64,000 bases of DNA from Podarcis vaucheri. Taxonomy: Eukaryota. The notes under the pieces were generated by a model that ran no database searches, was not told the origin of the DNA, and worked only from the letters and a program-made list of their open reading frames with translations. The DNA is taken from assembly GCA_965113315.1 (NCBI GenBank), contig OZ220365.1. One strand, given 5' to 3'. This document shows, piece by piece, positions 43,501-55,500 of the stretch (position 1 is its first letter; each line of letters starts with the position of its first letter). The position numbers and the translations under genes were made by a program.

Positions 43501-46500
43501 CCTTCGTGTCCTATTGATAGACACAATAGAGTTGATACATGTGGTACTTAATCCAGTAAGTTTTCTTGTTAAAGTTTCATACTACTTAAGTTAAATCCAT
43601 AAACTGATGTTTACAGTATTTCATAGTGATACATGACTTCTGCTTTATTTGTACTTTTCAGGACAGCAGATGGTGAAGGCCTAGTAGAGAAGCACTATGT
43701 TTTCTTAAAGAGACTTTGCCAAGTCTTGTGTTCTTTGGGTAGTCAGCTGTATGCATTGGTGGTGAGTTTTCCATCACAAAGCAGTTTTCCAAGACTGTTA
43801 TTCAGTGGCTGTTACATAATCTCATGCCCCAGGTTGAACTACTCTATACAGTTCCCATCTCTTTCCAGTGCACTTCATAGCTGAGTGGAAATTTGAACCC
43901 TGTTCTCCCAGGTCCTAGTTTGACATGCCAACCACTACACCAGAGCTTTCCAAATTGTGTGTCGTGACACATTAGTGTGTTGGCTGCAGTGTGTAGCTGT
44001 GTCACATGAACACTTCCTGTGCTCCTCCCGGGGCTGGAAAGGGGTTAGTTTTATCATGGAATTCTACTCAGGATTGATCCAGAGCAGAACTCCAACATAT
44101 AGTTAGCAGAGTAAAAACTTAAACACATTGCAGGATTCTCAAAAAATAGACCAGAGGCAATTGTATTTCATCCAGCAGAGCTTTACTGCTACTGAAGGTA
44201 AATAAGCATAATGGTCACAAATCAAATACATTGGGGATTGGCACTGTCCATAAGAAGTCCAGTTGCAGCAGATTTGACTTAAATGTATAATAACTTACAA
44301 TAAGTCTAAACCTTAACACTATATACCGAACACCACACCAGAAGGAAAGAGAGACAAAAAGAGAGATCCAGGCTCCTTCTGGCCTTACTATTATAGTCAT
44401 CATGACCTTGACAGAAAAGATAACAGAACCAGTTTAAGCCAGCTGTACTCAGCTTCTCTGAAGGAATAAGCGAAACATCATGAACCTTCTGCTTGTTTCT
44501 TTCACACAGAAAAGCTTCCAGGACCCTCTTGAATAAATTAGAATAAGAAAGATCTCTACACATCAGATGAACACTTTCTGTACTAAGAAATGCCAACTGA
44601 CAAGTTTAACCTCCGGTTTAATAGTAAAACTGAATTACTGTGTTGCAAAATGATGCGTGTCTGAAAAGTGTGTCACCAACATGAAAAGTGTGAAAAGCTC
44701 TGCACTATGCCATACTAGTTTTTCTGCAGCTGCCATGTGGCAGCTTGTCATCTGAATCCACCTTTGAAGTTTGCCTCCCCTCTCAACAGGGCTCTGATTC
44801 AGATGTGGAAACACCTGTCAACCTTGGAAAATACCTCGAGTCATTTCTAGCTTTCACAACCCACCCCAGCCAGGTAGGTAAAGGGGAAGGTTTTCCAACC
44901 TCTTGTGTATAAAAACAGCCATTTGTGCTCTGTGCCTGTGTATTGAAAATGTTTTAGGTGCCTTTCAATGGAAGAAAGGCTTTGTTGTCAGCAGCATGGT
45001 GCTTAACCTTAAACACTTCGTTCTCAGTTCTGATTTGGTCTGTTTATGTAACTCAGGATAGTAACTATTGCATACTTGTATTCTTCTCTGAAACTCTGTC
45101 AAGTGATGTGGCATGCTCTTTCCTGCCGTCCAGCATTCATGAAGATCCAGCTTGCAGTAGCAAACGGTGGCGTGTGTGTGTTGAACAAAGGTTTCAGTTG
45201 TTTTGGCATGTGTTTGTTGGAAGTAATTGCTGCTTGGTTTCAGCTGAGCTTGGGAGTATTTACCAGTGCCTAAGCTTGAGAGGATCAGTGTGGATCACTA
45301 TTGTCATTTGAGCATTACAGTTGGAGATTACTAGCTTGATAGATTGATTCCTTGTTTTTCCCCTAGTTCCTACGCTCTTCCACCCAGATCACATGGGGAG
45401 CTCTTTTTCGGCACGAAGTCCTGTCACGTGATCCTCTGTTGTTGGCTATGATTCCAAAATACCTGCGAGCATGTATGACTAATCTTGTGAAGGTATGGTG
45501 CTATGAGAGTCTTTAATTCTACAGTGTTCTTAAGACCTTTGGTTTTCCAAGTGTGGAGCGGCAATCTTGAGGAATAGTTGGAAGGCTGCTGGTATGCCGG
45601 TGGAGGTCTCTCCCATTATCTCCCTTCATTGGGTATTTTGATTCAGCCAGAAGACAGAAGAATAACAATTTATCCCCCCTTTCGGTTAGTGCAGATCATG
45701 TCCCAAAGGGACAACCTATTCCCCCCTCCATGCTTTTTTATTCTGAAATGACAGACCCCTAGAAGTCTTGCTGCATAAACTTATTCTAGATTAAAAACAT
45801 AAGTAGATACCATAAGGCCACTTGCATAGTTATATCCTAGTTGAAATTTGTGTGGCTCAACAAGCTGAGTTCGTGAAAATGTTTTGCTGCAACACACATG
45901 AGAATTCTTCCAGTGGGAGAGTTCTGTGAAATTACTATTTTCCCACTCAATCTCTTGAATCTGACATCCCTTCTTTTTGCAGGTGGGGTTTCCTTCCAAG
46001 ACAGACAGCCCCAGTTGTAAATATTCTCACTTCGACTTTGACAGTGATGAAGACTTTAATTGCTTCTTCAACTGTAAGTTACCTTTGTTCTAGTAAAACC
46101 CATCGCTTTGGAGGATAACTTGGAAGTTTCCTCCTATGCTCTTCAGTTTGAATGGCATTAACAGAATCTCAGAATGGGCCATTCGAGAGCAGAAGGAGAT
46201 GCTTCAGTGTGAAAGGTCCCCACATGCCTTCAATCTAAACAGTTTCATGAAAGTATATCAACAATTATTAGCCATGGTAGATAAGTGGGCCCTCTGGGTT
46301 CAGAAGCAACATGCCTCTGGATCCTAGTTGCTGGAGCACAATCTATTGCCTTCATGCCCTGATTGTGTGCTTCCTTCAAGTGTCTGCATCCCAAATCTTC
46401 CTTCATCTGACTTAATGTTCAATTGTTAAAGTGAACAAGCAGAAGCAGCTGCCACCTGGACACTCCTTGTGGTGATTACTTCTGCCTTTTACATGACTAT

Positions 46501-49500
46501 ATCATTTGAGCTGTAGCAGTAGACGCCCCTCTAATTTAAAAGCATTTTGAAACCAAACCTTTCATGTGTAATTTCCTTGGCAGCTTTCCGTGCACAACAG
46601 GGAGAGGTGATAAGGATGGCATGTCGCTTGGACCCTCGAACTGGCTTCCAGATGGCTGGAGAATGGCTGAAATATCAGCTGTCCACTCCGGTTGATATTG
46701 GACCCGTGAACTGTAAGTTTCCTTAATGGGAGGGGAAGTAGGCTTGGTCTCCAGCAGTGGTGGACATTTTGCTTTACCTTTTCCTCACCCAAACAATTCC
46801 TCATTATTTTTTCCAGCCTAGGCCTTCCAGCTGGAGGGCAAGGGGGTTAGTACCTGATATTGGTTGAAATGCAAACCCTACTCTTACATTTTTAAGCTCA
46901 TTTTTTAGTAAAAACAGCTTGTAAACAGGCTACCAAACAACTGGATTGGGGAGGGGGGTTTCATAGGGCAAGACTTTTTGAGAACTTTTTACACTGGTGT
47001 AGGAAAGATAATCCTTGTCGAAAGATAGGGGCCTACAATGCTACAAATCTGGAAGTGTTCTAATGCTTTCCTTTTTCTTCCTCTTATAGCTAAAACTGGC
47101 GAAGGCCTCTGCTCCATCTTTTCAGTTTCTTTTGTGCAGTGGGATGCTATGACCTTTTTCTTGGAGAGTGTCGTTAGCCCGATGTTCCGGTTCATGGAAA
47201 AGGACGTATGTAGTCTTGATGTTTCATTTTTTCCTGCCTCGGCTGGCTTGCTGTGACAACAGTGTCTCTTGAAGAGCATGGAGTGGGGATGCTAACTTGA
47301 CCACATTATATTACATTTACAGTAGCACATATTATTTGGAAAATACTAGCTTAAAGAAGTCTTTCAAGCTCTGTTATTTTTATGAAGAGCAAAAGAGCCA
47401 ATGTGATGTAGTGGTTAGAACAGTGGTTCTCAAACTACTTCCTCTGGGCCACACTTTCAGAATAAAAAATTGCTGGCACCACATCAACTCTTTTATTAAT
47501 AAGAAATACTGGTATATTGGAAAAGAAAAAGAAGCAACTCCTAGCAGCACTTGATTTATAACATAGAGCACAACTACTTTATAACATAATCATGAGACAT
47601 CCAGAAAACATACAATAATGCAGCTACATAAGACCTTTAAATGTTTCTTTGATTGCCCTTGAATTTTTCCGCCACACTTGCCATCATCTCCTGCCACACC
47701 AGTGTGACTTGCCACACCCTTGGGTTAGAATGTCAGACTGTCTCAGATTGACCTACTTCACAGGATTGTTGCAAGGATAAAATAAGTGGTACGTTGGTTC
47801 TCGAATGGCTTAGTTGTCGAACAAATTGGCTCCCGAACACTGCAAATCCGGAAGCAAGTGTTCCGGTTTGCGAACGTTTTTCGGAAGCCGAATGTCCAAC
47901 GCTGCTTCCGCTTGAGTGCAGGAAGCCCCTGCAGCCAATTGGAAGCCACACCTTGGTTTTCAAACGTTTTGGAAGTCAAATGGACTCCAGGAACAGATTA
48001 AGTTCAAGAACCAAGGTACCACTGTATGTGGAAAGTGGGGAGAACCATGTATGCCACCTTGAGCTCTTTGGAGGAAAGGTAGAATGTAAATGTAATGAAT
48101 GTATAATTTTGTGGTTACATTTTTCCTGACATTTATTTTGCCATACTTAAAGGCTTCCAGCAGTAGAACTTGAACAATAAAACTAAGACTTAATTCACAC
48201 AATGCTTTTGCAGCGTGGTTGCCACTACGAAACTTCTCCCCCGTGCCTAGGTTTTGGTTCCTCTGCCTCTGAAATTGGATGGAAGTTCTGCCTCAGATGA
48301 ATATTTCCATTCCCACATCCCCTTCTGTTGGAGCTGCTTTTGTGGGATCAAATGTTGCAAAATATTCATACATTATCAATATAGTGTGTGAATTGAACTT
48401 GGTGATGGGCAGTTCTGCCGCCAGTTTAAAAACAAGCAGGAACACGTGTCACTAATTTCAAATGCAGTCATCACAATGTTGATGTTTTGTGATTGTGACT
48501 TTTGTCTGACTGGGTAAAGTAATTCTTCTCAAAATGTGTCTTTGCTATTCTGGAAAGTGCTCAGATGGGGGTAGATCCTGTATTAGAACATGCACAGATC
48601 ACAAATAGTGAATCCATGAGACTCGCTCTCTACTGTGATGCTAAAAGTTGAACAAGAGACTATAAACGATTCAGTATGCCAGTAGCTCTGCTGATATTGC
48701 TAAATGCTTTTGACTTTGTGCAAGTATGTCGCCAAAAGCTCTACAGAAAAGGAAATGATAAAGTTCTCTGTTTATAATGAGCCTAGACAAGCACTGGTTC
48801 AAACTTCTATCACATCATTGGCTAGTCATTTTTAACTCCCACTCATGGCTTGAAATACCTTTGTGTTAATTTGTTATGCTTTCTCCTAGGAGATCCCAGT
48901 ATCCGATGGCATAGAACTGCTACAACTTGTCCTCAGCTATGAAACAAAGGATCCTCTCATCCTGTCCTGTGTCCTTTCTAATGTTTCGGCACTCTTTCCA
49001 TTTGTCACGTACAGGCCAGAATACCTGCCAGATGTTCTTTCAAAGGCAAGCCCTGTTTTTTATCCTGTTAATATGATGAGGCTTTTAAAAGTGATACCGT
49101 GTAGATCCTTACCTGTAAACATTTCATAGGATAGATCTAGGGAGGCTAAACATTTTTCTCTGATCATTCTAGAGAACGGATGCCCTAGGAGGGACAATTT
49201 TTGTTGTTGGGGTGACCCATATCCAGCATGCCAGGTTTTTCTGGTGGACTAAAGAACACCCCCCCCCCCAATAATGTGGCTGAATTTTAAAGTTTGTGCG
49301 TGTGTGTATCAGATATACATATGTATGTATATATGTATATGTACATATGTGTGTGTGTTTGCATCTATTTATATGTGTATATGTACATTGCAGAGACATA
49401 CTTAGAAAATATATGGTTGTTTCTTTTAAATACTAGAAGTTCAAGGGGAGATTGTGTTGCTTCTAGTAGCTGGTGAGGTTTGGTACTTGATTCTGTACTA

Positions 49501-52500
49501 CTGCTAGTCTACCTTCATGCTTACAGGTGACCCCTCAGTTCTCAAAATGGAGAACACTGAAGAACTGTGATACACTTAATTCCCTGGGTAAAATATGTTT
49601 AAGATCTGAACACAGTGCTGGTCTTGTCACTATTAAGGGATGCCTCCTCCTACCTGATGGAATCCTCGTCTTGTGTTGAAATAGAAAATAAGAAACTTTT
49701 CTCTGATAAAGACATTTTCATGGACTTGGAACAGCTATTCATAAACTAGTGACTGGTATGCAGCACATTCAAAAGCATGAACCATTGATAAGTGGCTTTT
49801 GTTCTTGTTCCCATAGCTCTTTGCCTCTGTTACCTTTGAAGTTGTAGAAGAAAGTAAGGTAAGATAATTTTGGCCATACTGTACAATGTATAGGTGCATG
49901 GATTAAACTTCCACATAGCAAAGTAGCATGCTTATATGCAATAATGGCACTATAGACTAAAATTCTATATATAAATTCTTGGATACCAGTTCTTTCACGG
50001 GACCCTTGGGGGAAGTACATTTCAGTACTGACCACACACGTCTTTCACTGGTTCTCTATGGATGCAGTTGACATGGATGTGATTGATAAGCAACTGCATC
50101 CTTGCCACATAGGCAATGCTTATATGAAGCATTTAAACAGTGTTATGGGGGTGGGGTGGAGAACCATAACAAAAGGTTGTGCATTCCACAATTCTGAGCA
50201 AGTGTTACAGAATCTTACATTAGGTACAGAATTCGGTTTCCTTAGAATATCAGCTTTCACTTTAAAAAAAAAAAAGCAAGTCTAAGTCTTCAGCCCATAT
50301 GACTGTAAAGGTAGGTTTGAAAATGAATGGGTCAGCAAAGCCAAATAAAATATCAGCAGCAGAATGGTGACTGAGCAACATTTCCAGTTACCCAGGGGTG
50401 GGGAAGGGTGAGATTTCAGTGCTGTGCTCTTTATCCCTTTATCCCTCCTTGTAACTAGCCAAAGCAGAAAATATTGTGCAGATGTTCCTGCATACCTCTC
50501 CCACACCTTGGGATTGATGGTCACCAGAGGCTTGCTGTTAAGGGTTCAGTCAGCATTAGAAAGTCAGGTGGTCTTTGATGGGGAGCCTGTGCCTTTAGCC
50601 TGCCCAGGGTGGCTTGTTGTGTTGAGTTTTGACTGTCCTTTTGACAGGTGCTGAAAACGCTCCTGTTTTAAGAGGGCTTTTGACCTGGGGTGGTAATTTT
50701 TTGTTTAATACCTACAAAAAAGCTACTGAACATGCTGTATTGCATGGGGTTGGGCTAGATGACCCCTGCGGTCCCTTCCAACTCTGTGGTTCTAAGTATG
50801 ACCAACAGCAGATTCTGTTAAAATTTACAGAGCCAAATGCAATCCTCAAGCTTTATTGACTGATTCTCCTAGGCCCCAAGGACCCGTGCAGTGAAGAATG
50901 TGAGAAGGCATGCCTGTTCCTCAATAATCAAGATGTGCCGGGATTACCCTCAGCTTGTCCTGGTACTTTATTGAATTTTCTATATGTCATGGAGCTACTT
51001 GGTGTGTGTTGTGGGCCGGAGCGGGGGGTGTGTGTGTGTGCTTTCGTTATTCCCCTTGTGGTTTAAAGCTCCTGTGTTTGTTCTATGTGTGGTTGTTAGT
51101 GTTTGGTAGTCAATCTTGATTGTTTCAACCACGAGGGCCTTCTCAGCAGTGGCGTCCTCCCTGTGGAATGCCCTCCCATCCAATCTCAAGGAGATAAAGA
51201 ACTACAGAGCTTTAGAAGACATCTGAAGGCATCCCTGTATTGGGAAGTTTTTTATATTTGACGTTTTACTGTGTTTTTATAAATGCTGGAAGGTGCCTAG
51301 AGTGGCTGGGGGAACCCAGCAAGATTGGCAGAGTATACATTACGTAATATTATTATTAGTCACAGAAGAGAGAAGTCCTTGTGGTAGAGGCTGGAAAACA
51401 TAGGGGTGGAGTATATATAAGATTCAGCATGTGGTTACAAGAGCTAAGAACCTAAAGCAGCAACTGAATACAGCTTCACACATAGTGAGGTGAAAAATAC
51501 TGGGTGGTTTCCATAGCAAATGTGTAAACATCCCATTCACAATTGTACACGTATTTTTAGGCACCAGTGCATATGCATCTGGGAAACCTAATTGTTTTTT
51601 TCCATATGTTAACTATTTGGTGCTGGAAATGCTGTGGTTTCTGCAGATGCCATAACCAACAGGGCACAGCTCAAAGGAGCCAACTCCTAGGGGCCAAGAT
51701 CCCTTCCCCCCATAAAATATTAGAGGGAGCCGTTCCCCCCAAATTGATGGGCATTGCCATTCAAATAGTATGTGCCCCCTTCCCAGTATTTTATTCAAGT
51801 TAGCATCCCTGGCACAGCTAATCCATTTTTTGTTCTGGAATAAGGTTCCATGTGATTAGGAAGTATCCTGGCAATACAATGAGTTACTATTACATTATTG
51901 AATTGTATTAATTGTTTTGATCAATTCATTGCCTTTATTTGCTTTATTTATAGCCATTGCATTTGATATTATAGTGATTGCAATGTTGGTTGTATTTTTC
52001 ATGCTACTGTGATTATTGCAAGCAACTTTGAGCTGAACATTTGTTGCTGGGAAAGCGGGATAGAAATGTTAAATCAAATAATGCATGGCGTTGCCTCGAA
52101 CAAAAGCAGTCTCCCACCATATATTCTGTGTAGGAATTCCACATGTATTCAAGAAGTCGAGTTTTGTGTGATTCTGTCAGTTGACTGACCTTTGCTTGAC
52201 TCTGTTTCTTCTAGCCAAACTTTGACATGCTGTATAACCATGTAAAGCAGCTGCTCTCCAATGAGCTACTCCTGACCCAGATGGAGAAGTGCGCTCTCAT
52301 GGAAGCCCTGGTCCTCGTCAGCAACCAGTTTAAGGACTACCCACGGCAGAAGGTTTTCTTGGAAGAACTCATGTCTCCTGTCACAAACCTGTGGCTGTCT
52401 GAAGAAATGAGGAGGTGCAAGGACTTCCTCCGTTCTTTCTCTAATGTAGCACAGTGGGGGCAGGCGGGAATTACAGTGCTAGGCTGTAAGATTTAATAAT

Positions 52501-55500
52501 ACCCTGTACAAGAATCACACCAGCAATCCAGATCATGAGATTCGGCATGCTAACCATTGGCAACATAATCTTACACAGCTCTCACGCTGAATCTGACTTC
52601 TTCCTCTCTTTCTCTTTCTGTTAAGAGTCCTGACGAATCCTGAAGAGTTTGTCCGCTATGTTGGTGCTGATAATAAACTTACAGACCCAGCCGTGGAAGA
52701 TCCCTGTGGCCTAAACCGTTCTAGAGTAAGTAGTTATTAAGCATGAGCCTTAGAGAAGGGGGATTTAGCTGTTTTCTGGACTATTTCTCCTTGCTCAGTA
52801 GATGCGTAGTCTTTGCTATTTCATAAAGGACTTTTTGAGCATATATCATCACTGGAAAAAAAGAAAAGCTGAAACATCTGGGATCTGGAACATTTTCGAG
52901 AATGAGAGCTAGAGTGGGGTTTTTTCTGCCTCTTTTATCTATATTGTTTTGGCTGGACCTCCTACAAAGGAATTTATAAGTGACATGGCCTAACCAACAG
53001 CTAGTTTTGTTTCTTGTTTTAATCCTGAACTACTAAAAGCAGTCAAATAGCAGATGGGTTCTGCTGTACAGCTACATAAAAGTCATAGAATCCTAGAACT
53101 GTAGAGCTGGAAGGGATCCCAAGGGTCATCTAGTCCAGCCCCCTGCAATGCAGGAATCTCAACAAGAACATCCATGACAGATGGCCATCCAGCCTCTGCT
53201 TAAAAACCTCCAGTGAAAGAGAGTCCACAACGTCCCGAGGGAGTCTGCTCCACTGTTTTAACAGCTGTTACTGTCAGAAAGTTCTTCCTGTTGTTTAGTT
53301 GGAATCTCCTTCCTTGAGACCTTCGGGTATATAGAAATAAAACAAGCAAATAAATAAATTGAAGCCATTGTCAGAGGTTTTTATACACACAGCCCCACGT
53401 GCATCTTTTCATTGTCCAATCAGACAAGCAAAAGGCATTCAGTGACACATATCCAACTAAGCAAAACCACTTGAGGAGGATGCTGAACAGGGTCAGTGAG
53501 AGCTGTGGTCTGGGGAGGCTCCCGAGGGCCAAGTAGGCAGCCCCAAAGGGCCAGATTTCCTTCCTCTCTCCCATGCCCAAGGTTTTCATAGAGGCAGAAA
53601 GCAGTCTTACCTAGTTGCTATATTGAGAAGTTCCAAGGAAAGTGACTCCTTCGGCCTCTTGTTGTTCTTTCTCTTTAACCCTTTGAACCTTTCCTTCTTT
53701 GTTTGTTTCCCTACAGATAAGCTTTTGTGTGTATACCATTCTGGGCGTTATAAAACGGGCTCGTTGGCCTGCTTCCTTGGAAGAGGCGAAGGCTGGAGGA
53801 TTTGTGGTTGGGTACATGTCTAATGGCAGTCCAATCTACCGTAATCCCTGCTCTGTGCAGGTCCTGAAACTGTTTGACAACTTGCTTGCGCTCATAAGGT
53901 GGGTCAGCTCAGCTTGATAACAGTCTCGTAGTGAAAATGCTACGTACTCTGAGCAGTGTGTTTCCTCATTGGAGCCAATTCAGCTCTTGCATATTGAAAT
54001 TTTGTAAGGAAGGGTCATCTGAGGGTCATCTGGTCCAATCCCTTGCAGTGCAGGAATCATGTTCACAGCTGTCCCTGGGTGGGCTTGAACCACCAGCCTT
54101 CTGGTTAACAGCCCGACACACTTACTTGTGGGAATTCTTATTGGAGGAGGTGTTCCCAAATTTCATTGAACATAAAATTAAAACACAGCTTGCTGCCTCC
54201 ACTCCTTGTTGTTGTGCATGGTCTCTTTACTCTTCCTGAAGATAGAAATTGGAGAGGAGAGTGCAAATCAACCTTACTCAGTGAAGTTGTTTGTGGTGGT
54301 CTGGGGAACATTGTGATGACCTGTTCCCTGATCGCTAAAATGGCAGCACTTGTGAAACCGTAACAAGGAGCGATCCTGACAGTCATGGTATATGTGGGTT
54401 ATCAACAGCATTATTATATTATTATTTATACCCTGTCCATCTGGCTGGGTTGCTCCAGCCACTCTGGGGCAATTGCCACGAGAAATTTTTCCCCCATTTT
54501 TGTCTTCTTGAAGATTATATATTTTTCATGGAGGAGAAGGCTATTAGTAGCTACTTGCTATGATGACTATGTGCTGCCCTCAGTATTGGAGGTAACATGC
54601 CTCTGAATACCAATTGTTAGGGGAATAACGTTGCACTCATGTCCTGCTTGCACTCAGTTTCCCATTGGCTTCTGGCTGGCCATTTTGAGAACAGGATGTT
54701 AGCCTAGTTGGATTGTTGGTATGATCCAGCAGGGCTCCTCTTGTGTTTTTATGTTCTTTGAAGCTGTTATGGCTAACAGTATATAAGTGGTTTCAAAAAT
54801 CCATAGACAACAGACATCTAACAAAAATGGGTGACAGTGTGTATTCTGATTCTCAAACTGGTTATTACTTCCAATTCCACCACCCCCAAAAAAGATGGAG
54901 ATCTGTGACAAGGACATTATTTGCCTGGCTTCTTGTGTGCCTTCTCCGAGAAATAGGGTAACTTTTGGACAGGAAACTAGGCTAGGTGAGCCTTTGAACT
55001 CATCTATAATGGCAGCACCATATGCTCTTGTGACTAGCAGTGGAGGTGATGTCATCTACTAGAATCAAAAGAGAGTTAAACAAGGGATGGGAAGTGAAAT
55101 CATTAGGGTTTGTTTTATTTTATTGTAAAGCCCACATGGAAGCTCTTTAGCTGACCAGTTAAAAATGTATCTAATAGAGATACTGAGCCTTGACCATGGT
55201 AATCTGTATTTTTATCTTTATCCACCCTGGAAATAATTATATCGAAGGGTGGCATGTGAATTGTCTAAATAAACATTTTCCTTTGACTTGGATGAATTGC
55301 CAAGCATTTCATGGCAATGGCACCAGTTAATGCACAATTTTCTGCCTAATGGAGCTTACGGTAGCCAATCCATAACTACATAGTTTTTTGGATGCTATTG
55401 TGATAAAAGGCCAAGAGCTTCCACCTTTTTATGTTAACAGCTCTCAGGTGAACTTAGCTTGCACAATTATTCAAATTTTAAAAAAAGGAAATGGGAGGGG

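Noticed and set aside
49073-49163. Box C (ATGATGA) ... box D (CTGA) pair about 90 nt apart in XPO5 intron 15, resembling a C/D snoRNA
   Set aside because: There is no convincing terminal stem, C'/D' boxes or recognisable rRNA guide. It would need a snoscan or Infernal hit.
49296-49385. ORFs rich in Y/M/V/C/H/T residues
   Set aside because: They are translations of a degenerate (TA/TG)n microsatellite.
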